A DNA stretch of 55,922 nucleotides from Ilumatobacteraceae bacterium (GCA_044340075.1 JBIIUH010000001.1:1-55922); one strand, 5' to 3'. Numbered from the stretch's first letter, positions 37,978-47,301 are shown. A program made the numbers and translations. Notes: generated by a model not told the origin, from the letters alone.

Positions 37978-40257
37978 ATGGCTGGTGATCACGCGACTCC
38001 TTCTTCTACGGCAGCGACCGACCGTCGTCTGAAGCCGTACCACCTCTCGATCCTCATCGGATGCGGGATCGGAATCTTCACCCTCGTGTCGGGCATCGTC
38101 CCGACACTCACTGGATGGGAGAGTGACTCACCGATCCACCGCACCGTGTTCGGCGGCATCCCCGATCCGCTGAAGGTCGCCTTCTACACGGTCATCCCGA
38201 TGATGCTCATCTGGGGTTCGTTGCGCTTCGCCGACCGCGTGCGCAACTGGGAACGCGGCGCACCCGAGCGCCGCAGCACGAATGCACGCAACGTGAAGCG
38301 TCGCCTTGCCGACTTCCGTGCCGGCGTGTACATGAAGACGCTCTTGCGCGACAGTGCCGCGGGCCTCATGCACTCGATGATCTACTTCGGATTCCTCGTG
38401 CTGCTCGGCGTCACCACCGTGCTCGAGGTCGATCACCAGTTGCCGCCGAGCCTGAAGTTCCTGCACGGCGACGTGTACAAGGGTTACGCACTCGTCGGTG
38501 ACGTCGCCGGTGTCGTCTTCACGGCGGGAGTCGTGTGGGCGATCTTGCGTCGCTACGTCCAGCGTCCGTACCGCATCCGCATCAAGTCGAAGCCCGAGCA
38601 TGCGGCGATCCTCGGAGTTCTCCTCGCGATCGGCGTCAGCGGTTTCGGCGCCGAAATGTTCCGTATCGCCGCCGGCCAGGCAGCGGGGGAGAACCTCGAC
38701 TACGAACGGTGGAGCGTCATCGGATACCCGCTCGCCCAGTTCGTCAACGGCGCATCCGTGGCGAACCTCGAGTGGTGGCACCAGGCGTGGTGGGTGTTAC
38801 ACGTGCTCACGTTCATCGCCTTCCTCGCACTGCTGCCGATCACGATGCTGCGCCACGTGTTCACGTCACCGTTGAACATGTACCTGCGCGATCGCGAGCG
38901 TCCGAAGGGCGCGATGCGGGCAATGCCGAACCTCGCCGAGACGTCGCTCGAGACGTTCGGTGCAAACGTCGTCGAGGACTTCACGTGGAAGCAGCTGCTC
39001 GACCTCGACGCATGCACGATGTGCGGTCGGTGCACGAGCGTGTGCCCCGCCCACGCCACCGGCAAACCGCTCGATCCGCGCGAAATCGTCCTGAAGAGCG
39101 GTGAAGTGATGGCAGCCACCGCCGCACACGCCCCCGGTGGCCGCGTGTCACCGCCGATCGGCGTCGACTCGGAGATCACGGTGAACGCAAACTCGTTGTT
39201 CGAGCGCATCACCGCCGAAGAGGTGTGGTCGTGCACGACGTGCAAGGCGTGCGACGAGATCTGCCCGGTGAACATCGAGATCATGGACAAGATCCTCGAC
39301 ATGCGCCGCTACCTGTCGCTCATGGAGAGCAACTTCCCCGCCGAACTCGGCAACGCGTACCGCGCGATGGAGAACCAGTACAACCCGTGGGGAATGAACC
39401 AGGGCGACCGCGCCGCATGGGCGAAGGACCTCGACGTCACGGTCGTCGATCCGGGTCAGCAACTGCAGCACGAGTACCTGTACTGGGTGGGATGTGCCGG
39501 AAGCTTCGACGACAAGAACAAGAAGGTCACGCAGTCGATGGCCGCGTTGTTGAAGCGGGCGGGCATCGACGTCGCAATCCTCGGGCCGAGCGAGATGTGC
39601 ACCGGTGACAGCGCACGCCGCAGCGGCAACGAGTACCTCTTCCAGATGCTCGCCACACCGAACGTCGAGATGCTCAACGGCATGGGCGTGAAGAAGATCA
39701 TCACTCAGTGCCCGCACTGCTTCAACACGCTGAAGAACGAATACCCGCAACTCGGTGGCAACTACGAAGTCGTCCATCACACCCAGTTGCTCGAGGAACT
39801 CGTGTCGTCGGGTCGCCTCGATCTCTCGGGGGCCACGCTGAACGAGCGCATCACCTACCACGACTCGTGTTACCTGGGTCGCCACAACGACGTGTACCTC
39901 GCACCGCGCAAGGTCGTCGGTTCGATCAAGGGAATCGAGATCGTCGAGATGCCGCGCAACGGCACGACGGGAATGTGCTGCGGCGCCGGTGGCGCCCGCA
40001 TGTGGATGGAAGAGAACGTCGGAGCAAAGGTGAACGACGAGCGGGCGAAGGAGGCGATCGCCACCGGTGCGACGCGCGTCGCCACCGCCTGTCCGTTCTG
40101 TTACATCATGCTCGACGACGGAGTGAAGGGTGCCGGCAAGGACGAGAGCGAGGTGAAGGTGGCGGACATCGCCATCCACCTCCTCGACGCGATCGAGGAA
40201 GGCGAGCGCAGCCGTTCGCTGCGCAACGCTCCGCTGTCGACGTCAGCCGGCGAGTGA
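37978..40257 (+). CDS. Membrane-bound Fe-S oxidoreductase (HdrD/GlpC-like; NarI-like N-terminal TM domain, 2x[4Fe-4S], two CCG domains)
   Basis: CTMCGRCTSVCP and CTTCKACDEICP ferredoxin motifs. Cys-rich CCG-type segments (WVGCAG, TQCPHCFNTL, YHDSCY, MCCGAGG, TACPFCY). Same architecture as the mycobacterial Rv0338c type. Confidence 0.85.
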   Translation: MAGDHATPSSTAATDRRLKPYHLSILIGCGIGIFTLVSGIVPTLTGWESDSPIHRTVFGGIPDPLKVAFYTVIPMMLIWGSLRFADRVRNWERGAPERRSTNARNVKRRLADFRAGVYMKTLLRDSAAGLMHSMIYFGFLVLLGVTTVLEVDHQLPPSLKFLHGDVYKGYALVGDVAGVVFTAGVVWAILRRYVQRPYRIRIKSKPEHAAILGVLLAIGVSGFGAEMFRIAAGQAAGENLDYERWSVIGYPLAQFVNGASVANLEWWHQAWWVLHVLTFIAFLALLPITMLRHVFTSPLNMYLRDRERPKGAMRAMPNLAETSLETFGANVVEDFTWKQLLDLDACTMCGRCTSVCPAHATGKPLDPREIVLKSGEVMAATAAHAPGGRVSPPIGVDSEITVNANSLFERITAEEVWSCTTCKACDEICPVNIEIMDKILDMRRYLSLMESNFPAELGNAYRAMENQYNPWGMNQGDRAAWAKDLDVTVVDPGQQLQHEYLYWVGCAGSFDDKNKKVTQSMAALLKRAGIDVAILGPSEMCTGDSARRSGNEYLFQMLATPNVEMLNGMGVKKIITQCPHCFNTLKNEYPQLGGNYEVVHHTQLLEELVSSGRLDLSGATLNERITYHDSCYLGRHNDVYLAPRKVVGSIKGIEIVEMPRNGTTGMCCGAGGARMWMEENVGAKVNDERAKEAIATGATRVATACPFCYIMLDDGVKGAGKDESEVKVADIAIHLLDAIEEGERSRSLRNAPLSTSAGE

Positions 40258-40261
40258 CGAA

Positions 40262-40825
40262 CTAACGGAAGTTCTCGAAGTAGCGGCTCGGTGTCGGGCC
40301 GCGTTGGCCCTGGTACTTCGACCCCCGCGCACCCAATCCGTACGGACGGTCGGCGGGCGTCGTCATCGTCATGAACGACACCTGACCGATCTTCATCGAC
40401 GGATACAGCGTGATCGGCAGGTTCGCAACGTTCGACAACTCGAGCGTGATGTGTCCGTCGAAGCCCGCATCGATGAACCCCGCCGTCGAGTGGATGAGGA
40501 GTCCGAGGCGACCGAGCGAACTCTTGCCCTCGACGCGCGCAACGAGATCGGCGGCGATGCCGATCCGCTCGAGCGTCGAACCGAGAACGAACTCACCCGG
40601 ATGGAGGATGAACGCCTCTCCGTCGGGAATCTCGACGAGTTCGGTGAGTTCGGTGAGATCTTTCTTCACGTCGATGATCGCCGTCGAATGGTTGCGGAAC
40701 ACGCGGAACAGGTTGGACACCTTCACGTCGATCGACGACGGTTGCAGACACGCTTCGTCGAACGGATCGACGATGATCCGACTGGCGTCCATCGCTTCGC
40801 GAATCGAGCGGTCTGACAGGATCAT
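40262..40825 (-). CDS. dcd: dCTP deaminase
   Basis: MILSDRSI.., [18 protein letters not shown], and [13 protein letters not shown] motifs. Confidence 0.92.
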   Translation of the reverse strand: MILSDRSIREAMDASRIIVDPFDEACLQPSSIDVKVSNLFRVFRNHSTAIIDVKKDLTELTELVEIPDGEAFILHPGEFVLGSTLERIGIAADLVARVEGKSSLGRLGLLIHSTAGFIDAGFDGHITLELSNVANLPITLYPSMKIGQVSFMTMTTPADRPYGLGARGSKYQGQRGPTPSRYFENFR

Positions 40826-40895
40826 GCGCCGCTCACCTTAGTGAATTCGTCGGTTCCGGCCCGGAGCCGTCGTTGGTACGATTTTTCACGATTCT

Positions 40896-40966
40896 GCGGG
40901 TGTAGTTCAATGGCAGAACATCAGCTTCCCAAGCTGAGAACGCGGGTTCGATTCCCGTCACCCGCT
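40896..40966 (+). tRNA. tRNA-Gly (CCC)
   Basis: Acceptor GCGGGTG/CACCCGC, D-arm TAGTTCAATGGCAGAACA, anticodon stem TCAGC/GCTGA with loop TTCCCAA, T-loop TTCGATT. Confidence 0.9.
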
Positions 40967-40993
40967 CCGGTAGCGCGTTGATGTTCGCGAAGA

Positions 40994-41197
40994 TCAGACG
41001 AGGCTGGCGAGTGCCCATACCGCGGCGACGGCGCCGATAACCGCCATCGTCACGCTGCGCGCCACCGGCGCGCGCTCGAGATCACCTTCGTCCGCACGTC
41101 CGCGACGCGGAGCGACGACCGCGGCAACGTTGCCGACGACCATCGCCGCACCGAACGCAAGGACGAGCCAGGCGAGCAGATCCTCACCGAGAAACAT
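40994..41197 (-). CDS. Small two-helix membrane protein, function unknown
   Basis: 67-aa ORF starting 3 nt after the dnaB stop. Two hydrophobic helices are separated by a charged loop (PRRGRADEGDLER). No family was recognised. Confidence 0.5.
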   Translation of the reverse strand: MFLGEDLLAWLVLAFGAAMVVGNVAAVVAPRRGRADEGDLERAPVARSVTMAVIGAVAAVWALASLV

Positions 41198-41200
41198 CGC

Positions 41201-42580
41201 TCAGAACCTCGGCTCGTTCTCGTCGAAGACGTTCTCGAAGCGTGTGTACGGCTGCACCCATGCCAGTTTGACCGTGTCGGTGGGTCCGGCGCGATGCTTT
41301 GCGACGATGATGTCGGCGAGTCCCCGGGCCGCACTTGCGTCGTCGACGACTTCGCCGCGATAGATGAACATGACGACGTCGGCGTCCTGTTCGATGGCGC
41401 CGGATTCGCGCAGGTCGGAAAGGTTCGGGCGCTTGTCCTGGCGACTCTCGATTCCGCGGCTGAGCTGACTCAACGCGATGATCGGCACGTTGAATTCGCG
41501 GGCCATGAGCTTCAAGTTACGGCTGATGTCGCTCACCTCGAGCTGACGGTTCTCCACCTTCGTATCGCCGCCCATCAGTTGCAAATAGTCGATGACGATG
41601 AGGGCGAGATCGCCGTGGCGCAGCTTCGTGCGACGGGCCCGTGCGCGCATCGAACCGATTGACGTCATGGGGGAGTCGTCGATGATGAGTGGGATGTCGA
41701 GTCGACCGACGGCGCGACCGATGTCGCGCCACTGGTTCTCGGTCGGATTCGCCCCGCGCAACACTTCGGACGGAATGCTCGCCTCGCTCGACAACACGCG
41801 TTGCGCAAGTTCGCCGGCGCTCATTTCGAGGCTGAAGAAGATGACCGGTCGCAACGAAGTGCGCGCAACGTTCACCGCGATGTTCAGTGCGAACGCGCTC
41901 TTTCCCATTCCCGGACGGGCACCGATGACGTGCAGCGCACCCGGCTGCAATCCGAGGAGCAACTTGTCGAGTTTGTTGAAGCCCGTCGGTACTCCGTTCA
42001 GGGCATCGGGATCGTTCGCCCGCTGCTCCATGAGCTCGAGTGACTGAGTGAGCAACGGCGACAACAACTGTCCGCCTTCCGACACCTGTCCGGCGGAAAC
42101 GTCGTAGATGCGACCTTCGGCTTGATCGACGGCCGAGTCGACATCGTCGGGTTGGCTGTAGGCGATTTCCGCGATCTGCGACGCAGCGGAAATGAGATGA
42201 CGCAGCTTCGCCGCGTCGCGCACGATCTTCGCGTAACGCTCGGCATTCGAGATGGCGGGGGTGAGGTTCTGCAGTCCGACGAGGGCTTCGAGACCACCGA
42301 TCGAATCGAGAACACCGGCGCGGCGCAGTTCCTCGCCGACGGTGACGGGGTCGACCGGTTCACCGGCGACACTCAGCGCGCGAATTGCATCGAAGATGCG
42401 CTGATGCGCCGGCTTGTAGAACTCGTCGGCGATGACGCCCCGCTCGAGTGCGACGGCGATCGCCTCGTCGGAGAGCAACATCGCACCGAGCAGTGATGCT
42501 TCAGCGTCGAGGTTGTGCGGCGGCACGCGCTGCAACGACGTGCGACGATCGTCGTCGCGGGATACCGACGTCATTGACAT
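41201..42580 (-). CDS. dnaB: Replicative DNA helicase DnaB
   Basis: 459 aa with PPHNLDAE..LLGAML at the N-terminus, Walker A GARPGMGKSAF and Walker B IVIDYLQLM. No intein insertion. Confidence 0.96.
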   Translation of the reverse strand: MSMTSVSRDDDRRTSLQRVPPHNLDAEASLLGAMLLSDEAIAVALERGVIADEFYKPAHQRIFDAIRALSVAGEPVDPVTVGEELRRAGVLDSIGGLEALVGLQNLTPAISNAERYAKIVRDAAKLRHLISAASQIAEIAYSQPDDVDSAVDQAEGRIYDVSAGQVSEGGQLLSPLLTQSLELMEQRANDPDALNGVPTGFNKLDKLLLGLQPGALHVIGARPGMGKSAFALNIAVNVARTSLRPVIFFSLEMSAGELAQRVLSSEASIPSEVLRGANPTENQWRDIGRAVGRLDIPLIIDDSPMTSIGSMRARARRTKLRHGDLALIVIDYLQLMGGDTKVENRQLEVSDISRNLKLMAREFNVPIIALSQLSRGIESRQDKRPNLSDLRESGAIEQDADVVMFIYRGEVVDDASAARGLADIIVAKHRAGPTDTVKLAWVQPYTRFENVFDENEPRF

Positions 42581-42627
42581 GCCATCACCCTGCTCGTTCC
42601 GTGCTGTTCACAACAAGGGGAACAACG

Positions 42628-42735
42628 CTGTGGACAACGTGGGGAGAGGTGTGGATGACGCTGATCATCGTGCACGGCACTGCGGATGCCCACGGACGGC
42701 ATCGCCGGTTTGACCTGTGGACAACGTGTGGAGAG
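42628..42735. promoter_or_regulatory. DnaA-box cluster / 21-bp direct repeat upstream of dnaB
   Basis: Boxes, given as the reverse complement of the + strand: TTGTCCACA at 42629-42637 and 42716-42724, TCATCCACA at 42650-42658, CTCTCCACA at 42727-42735. All four have the same orientation. CTGTGGACAACGTG[G/T]GGAGAG is repeated 87 bp apart. Confidence 0.5.
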
Positions 42736-42772
42736 TGAGGGTACGGCGAACGACCACGTGGTGTTGCGCGCG

Positions 42773-43219
42773 TCAGCGCGCAACGACCTCGAGGCGCACC
42801 GTTCCGACGATGTCGGCAAACAGGGCCACCGTCACCGAATGTGCACCGACGGTGCGGATCGGCTCGGAGATGTCCACCTTCTTGCGATCGAGGCTGATGC
42901 CGAACTGTTCGTCGACGGCAGTCACGATGTCGTTCGCGGTGACCGAGCCGAACAGGCGACCCTCTGCACCGGCCTTCGCCGTGATCGTGACGGCGCGCTG
43001 GGCGAGCGAGGCGGCGATCGTCTGGGCCGACTCACGGTCGGCTGCTTCACGAGCCGATCGGGCGCGCTGCATCGCAGCGGCCTGAGCGACCGTTCCTTCG
43101 CTCGCCTCGACGGCGAGACCCTTGGGCAGCAGGAAGTTGCGGGCATGACCGGACGACACGGTGACGATGTCACCGCGACGACCGATACCGGCGACGTCGG
43201 AGCGGAGCAACACTTGCAT
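42773..43219 (-). CDS. rplI: 50S ribosomal protein L9
   Basis: MQVLLRSDVAGIGRRGDIVTVSSGHARNFLLPKGLA N-terminal domain. Confidence 0.93.
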   Translation of the reverse strand: MQVLLRSDVAGIGRRGDIVTVSSGHARNFLLPKGLAVEASEGTVAQAAAMQRARSAREAADRESAQTIAASLAQRAVTITAKAGAEGRLFGSVTANDIVTAVDEQFGISLDRKKVDISEPIRTVGAHSVTVALFADIVGTVRLEVVAR

Positions 43220-43221
43220 GA

Positions 43222-43632
43222 TCAGGCCTCCTCGCGCGCCGTTTCGGGTGCGGTCGTGACGGTGACGTCACCGCCCGTTGCAGCGGCGACTTCGGCGTAT
43301 GACGCAGGTGTCTCGGCATCCTCGCGGCGATCGTCACGACGATCGTCGCGGCTGCGGGGACCGCGCACGGCGGCAACGCGCTTCGTGTACGGCAACAGCG
43401 CCATTTCGCGGGCGTTCTTCACCGCCGTGGCGATGTCACGCTGCTGCTGGGTGTTCGTGCCGGTCATGCGTCGCGCACGCAGCTTCGAGCGATCCGACAT
43501 GAACCGCTGGAGAAGGTTGACGTCCTTGTAATCGATGTACTCGATCTTCTCGGGCGTCAGCGGGTTGGGGCGCTTCTTGTGCTTGCGCATCGCCATCTTG
43601 GCAGCGCGAAGTTTGTTCTTCTTGCTCGTCAT
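43222..43632 (-). CDS. rpsR: 30S ribosomal protein S18 (with a long charged C-terminal tail)
   Basis: Core [29 protein letters not shown]...[20 protein letters not shown]. 136 aa in total. An alternative start is at MAMRKH. Confidence 0.9.
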   Translation of the reverse strand: MTSKKNKLRAAKMAMRKHKKRPNPLTPEKIEYIDYKDVNLLQRFMSDRSKLRARRMTGTNTQQQRDIATAVKNAREMALLPYTKRVAAVRGPRSRDDRRDDRREDAETPASYAEVAAATGGDVTVTTAPETAREEA

Positions 43633-43679
43633 TGTTCAGTCTCCGGTGTGCAATCTCGTGATGTGAATGTCGTGGGTTC

Positions 43680-44111
43680 TCAGAACGGCTCTTCGCCGTC
43701 GAATGGATTGGCGTCGGCCGCGGGTGCGCTCGATGCGCCCTTGCCGCCACCTTCGCCGCGCGGTGTGCGCTCGACCTGAGCGGTTGCCCAGCGCAGGCTG
43801 GGTCCGAGCTCGTCGGCGATGACGTCGATGGCGGTGCGCTTGTCGCCGTCACGAGTGGTGTACTCGCGCTGCTCGAGGCGACCGGTGACGACGACCCGCG
43901 TTCCCTTGCCGAGCGACGCCGCGGCGTTTTCGCCGAGCTGTCCCCAGGCGGTGACGTTGAAGTACGACGTCTGTTCCTGCCATTCGCCGTTCACCTGGTA
44001 GCGGCGCCCGACGGCAATGCCGAACGAGGCAACGGCGCGACCGTTGGCGGTGAAGCGGAGTTCCGGATCGCGGGTGAGGTTCCCGACGAGTGTGATCGTG
44101 TTGTCTGCCAT
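43680..44111 (-). CDS. ssb: Single-stranded DNA-binding protein
   Basis: OB-fold N-terminus (ITLVGNLTRDPELRFT), a Gly-rich linker and the acidic tip DGEEPF. Confidence 0.94.
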   Translation of the reverse strand: MADNTITLVGNLTRDPELRFTANGRAVASFGIAVGRRYQVNGEWQEQTSYFNVTAWGQLGENAAASLGKGTRVVVTGRLEQREYTTRDGDKRTAIDVIADELGPSLRWATAQVERTPRGEGGGKGASSAPAADANPFDGEEPF

Positions 44112-44162
44112 GTCACTGGCTCCTTCGTGAGTGTGCGGTGTGGATCGAACCCGACGCGGCGA

Positions 44163-44495
44163 CTACTTTGCGGCGCTGCCGAGCAGCCCGCGACGTGCAG
44201 CCTCGTAATCGGGAAGTCGAAGCAACTTGTGTCGCAACACGTCGTCGGAAAGACGAAGCGTGCGCTCCACTTCATCCATTGCACCCGCAGGTGCAACGAG
44301 ATTGAAGACGGCGTAGTAGCCGTCGGATTGCTTCTTGATCGGGTAGGCCAAACGGCGCCGGCCCCACCAATCGGGCGTGCCGTGAACGGTCCCGCCCACC
44401 GCGGTGACCGACTTCGTCACCGAGCTGACCCAACTGTGTGCGGCGTTCTCGTCGAGTGCGCCACTCACGATGACCATCAATTCGTATGGTCGCAT
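44163..44495 (-). CDS. rpsF: 30S ribosomal protein S6
   Basis: MRPYELMVIV...WGRRRLAYPI...GYY pattern. SD GGGAG lies 9 nt upstream. Confidence 0.93.
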   Translation of the reverse strand: MRPYELMVIVSGALDENAAHSWVSSVTKSVTAVGGTVHGTPDWWGRRRLAYPIKKQSDGYYAVFNLVAPAGAMDEVERTLRLSDDVLRHKLLRLPDYEAARRGLLGSAAK

Positions 44496-44604
44496 GTATA
44501 AGTACTCCCTTCGGACACGATCACGCGGATCGTGGCCCCCGTGGGGGCAGGGTGAATATGACGAATGGAGCGTATCGGCACCCCGTCACGATGCCACGGG
44601 GGTG

Positions 44605-45045
44605 TTACGAGGTGGCGTGCCGCCGCGTGAATCCGCCGAGCGGCACCATGCGCAGCAAGTGGTGCCACCAACACTCACGGCACACTTCGACGACGTACGA
44701 CGCATACACCGTGCGTCCGACGTCGTAGCTCGCCAGTTCGGATTCCTTCGTCACGCACCGCCCGGACTTCGGCAGTCGCGGTCCGAACACGTACGTCACG
44801 CGCACGGTCATCGCCTGCTCGCAGATCGGGCATCGCACGCGGGACGGCACACCGTAAGCGACGGCGGCACGACGCAAGTCGGGGTGCGCATCACACACGT
44901 CGTGCGGTGCCAGTTGTCCCGAGCGCACCTTGTCGATGACGCTGCGCCGCACGAAACGATGGTCGACGACTCCGCCGCGCACACTGCGCTCGTCGGGTGC
45001 GTCGCTCGGTTGGCGAACCGAATCCTGTGAGCGACGCCGCGTCAT
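44605..45045 (-). CDS. DUF5318-family protein (conserved actinobacterial, Cys-rich)
   Basis: CDAHPDL, CPIC...VTYVFG and VEVCRECWWHHL segments. Its position between cca and rpsF is typical. Confidence 0.7.
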   Translation of the reverse strand: MTRRRSQDSVRQPSDAPDERSVRGGVVDHRFVRRSVIDKVRSGQLAPHDVCDAHPDLRRAAVAYGVPSRVRCPICEQAMTVRVTYVFGPRLPKSGRCVTKESELASYDVGRTVYASYVVEVCRECWWHHLLRMVPLGGFTRRHATS

Positions 45046-45054
45046 GGCGCGAGA

Positions 45055-46452
45055 TTAGCCCCGCCGTGCCCACCACTCGTCGAGTCGGGCACGAATTTTC
45101 TCGTCGCCGATGAGTCCTTCCTCGAGACGTATCTCCATGAGGAAGTCGAGTGCGTCACCGACGGCGCGCCCCGGTGCGATACCGAGATGTTCCATCACCG
45201 CGGCTCCGTCCATCTCGGGGCGCAGTGCGGCAAGTTCCTCGGCGGCGGCGAGTTCCTCGATGCGCGCCTCGAGTTGATCCATGCGCTTGTTCAGCGCATC
45301 GACCTTGCGTTCGCTGCGCGTCGTGCAGTCGCAGCGCACGAGCACGTTCAGTTCGGTGAGGACGTCTCCCGCATCTCGCACGTAGCGACGCACCGCGGAA
45401 TCCGTCCACCCCATTTGATACGTGTGGAACCTGCCGCTGAGAAACACGAGTTGGGTGATGCGTTCGATGTCGTCGTTCGAGTAGCGCAACGCACGCAAAC
45501 GTTCCTTCGTCATTCGCGCACCCACGACCTCGTGGTGGTAAAACGTCATGCCCTTGCCGGGAAGCACCTTGCGGGTACGGGGTTTTCCGATGTCGTGGAA
45601 GAGCGCTGCGAGACGCGTGATCCGGAATTCACCGGGCATCTCGCGACGCACGTTGTCGACGACGGCAAAGGTGTGGGTGAGCACGTCCTTGTGACGGTGG
45701 ATCGGATCTTGCTCGAGTGAGAGGGCGGGAAGCTCGGGCAGGAACCGATCGGCCAGTCCGTATTCCACGGCGAATCGCAGGCCGAGCCCGGGGGAGTCGG
45801 TGACGATGAGCTTGTCGAATTCGTCGCGAATTCGTTCGGCCGACACGATCGACAACCGCTCGCTCAACGATCGCACCGCGTCCATGAGTCCCTGCGTCGG
45901 CACGACGTCGAGGGCGGAGATGAATCGTGCGGCGCGCAACATCCGCAGCGGGTCGTCGGTGAAACTCACTTCCGGCGACAACGGCGTGCGCAGGATCCGC
46001 GCCGTGAGGTCCTGCAACCCGTTGTACGGATCGACGAGCGTCGGTGCGTCCGACGTCAACTCGAGTGCCATCGCATTGATCGTGAAGTCGCGGCGCGACA
46101 GGTCGACGAGCACGTCGCTCGAGAACTTCACGTCGGGCTTGCGGGACTCGGGGTCGTACGCCTCGGCACGGTGCGTCGTGATCTCGAGCGTGCGCCCGTT
46201 GCGCAGGGCCGCAATGGTGCCGAACCGCTCACCCTGCGTCCAGAGATTGTCCGTCACCGGCGCGACGATGCTCTTCACCGCGTCCGGTGTCGCATCGGTC
46301 GTGAAGTCGAAGTCGAGACGGTCGATGTCGCGACCGAGCAGGAGGTCGCGAACGCTCCCGCCGACGAGATACAGCCGATGACCTGCGGCGCGGAACTGGT
46401 CGACGACCGGTTGCAGTTCACTCATCACCGCATCGAATCGGCGTGGCTGCAC
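45055..46452 (-). CDS. cca: CCA tRNA nucleotidyltransferase (with HD domain)
   Basis: LYLVGGSVRDLLLGR..D.DF.T polymerase-beta head, RRDFTINA, and the HD motif LFHDIGKP. Confidence 0.9.
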   Translation of the reverse strand: MQPRRFDAVMSELQPVVDQFRAAGHRLYLVGGSVRDLLLGRDIDRLDFDFTTDATPDAVKSIVAPVTDNLWTQGERFGTIAALRNGRTLEITTHRAEAYDPESRKPDVKFSSDVLVDLSRRDFTINAMALELTSDAPTLVDPYNGLQDLTARILRTPLSPEVSFTDDPLRMLRAARFISALDVVPTQGLMDAVRSLSERLSIVSAERIRDEFDKLIVTDSPGLGLRFAVEYGLADRFLPELPALSLEQDPIHRHKDVLTHTFAVVDNVRREMPGEFRITRLAALFHDIGKPRTRKVLPGKGMTFYHHEVVGARMTKERLRALRYSNDDIERITQLVFLSGRFHTYQMGWTDSAVRRYVRDAGDVLTELNVLVRCDCTTRSERKVDALNKRMDQLEARIEELAAAEELAALRPEMDGAAVMEHLGIAPGRAVGDALDFLMEIRLEEGLIGDEKIRARLDEWWARRG

Positions 46453-46494
46453 GTGCTACAGGTTACGGAAACTCACGCGCAGTAGCGTTCGTGG

Positions 46495-47301
46495 GTGTCG
46501 GCACTGGTCACGCTGCGACGATCGTTGCGCCACCGGATGCGAGTGAAGGGTGTTCCGGTTCTCCTGACGCCGATGACCGACGACCCCCGCGGTGTCGTCG
46601 CCCAACTGCAGTCAGATGCCGACATCTCCCCTGAATTTTTCGTTTCTCTGCACCGCGAACTCACGGCACTCGGCTGGGAACGTATCCGCACGAACGCCGT
46701 CGCCGAACGATTCGCCGATGCGGCCCGTGACGCCGGTTTCGTCACGGCACAGCGTCTCGTGCTGCTCGAACGTCCGCGTCTCACCGTTGCCGGTCTCGCA
46801 AGTGACGGGGATTCGGCCTTCGTCGTTCATGCAACGACGTACCACGGATCGTCACCGCGCATGCGGCGGATGCTCGATGCGTGTGCACGTATCGATGCGT
46901 CGTCATTCCCGGCAACGTGGTCGCTCGATGCCCGGGCGCTGCGCGATGCCGCAGCAGCGACGCCGCGACATCGCTTCTTCACCGTCACCGCGACTCATGG
47001 CGACACAGATGGCGACACAGATGGCGACACAGATGACGACGCACTGAGCGGTTATCTGCTGTGCGGCGCCGATTCGACGCATGGCTTCATCCAGCGACTC
47101 GCCGTGCACCCTCGGCAGCGCGCACGGGGCATCGCCCGCGAATTGCTCGCACGATCACTCGGGTGGCTGGGTGCGCTCGGCGTGCGATCCACGTGGGTGA
47201 ACACCGAACCGGACAACGCCGCCGCCTTGCATCTGTACCTCGGCACCGGTTTTCAACGCCACGCCACGGGCCTCGTCGTCGTTGAGCGTGCAGCGGCATG
47301 A
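46495..47301 (+). CDS. GNAT-family N-acetyltransferase
   Basis: The C-terminal acetyl-CoA motif A (IQRLAVHPRQRARGIAREL) and NAAALHLYLGTGF are present. The start is uncertain (GTG 46495, ATG 46537 or 46573). Confidence 0.75.
   Translation: MSALVTLRRSLRHRMRVKGVPVLLTPMTDDPRGVVAQLQSDADISPEFFVSLHRELTALGWERIRTNAVAERFADAARDAGFVTAQRLVLLERPRLTVAGLASDGDSAFVVHATTYHGSSPRMRRMLDACARIDASSFPATWSLDARALRDAAAATPRHRFFTVTATHGDTDGDTDGDTDDDALSGYLLCGADSTHGFIQRLAVHPRQRARGIARELLARSLGWLGALGVRSTWVNTEPDNAAALHLYLGTGFQRHATGLVVVERAAA
46999..47034 (+). repeat. Perfect in-frame 12-bp tandem repeat (GGCGACACAGAT)x3 encoding (GDTD)3
   Basis: Read directly from the sequence: three identical adjacent 12-mers inside the GNAT gene, in frame with the ORF. 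Confidence 0.95.

Noticed and set aside
41201-42580. Intein in dnaB, common in some actinobacteria and cyanobacteria
   Set aside because: The 459-aa product is of normal DnaB length with contiguous Walker A/B and RecA-fold motifs. There is no insertion.
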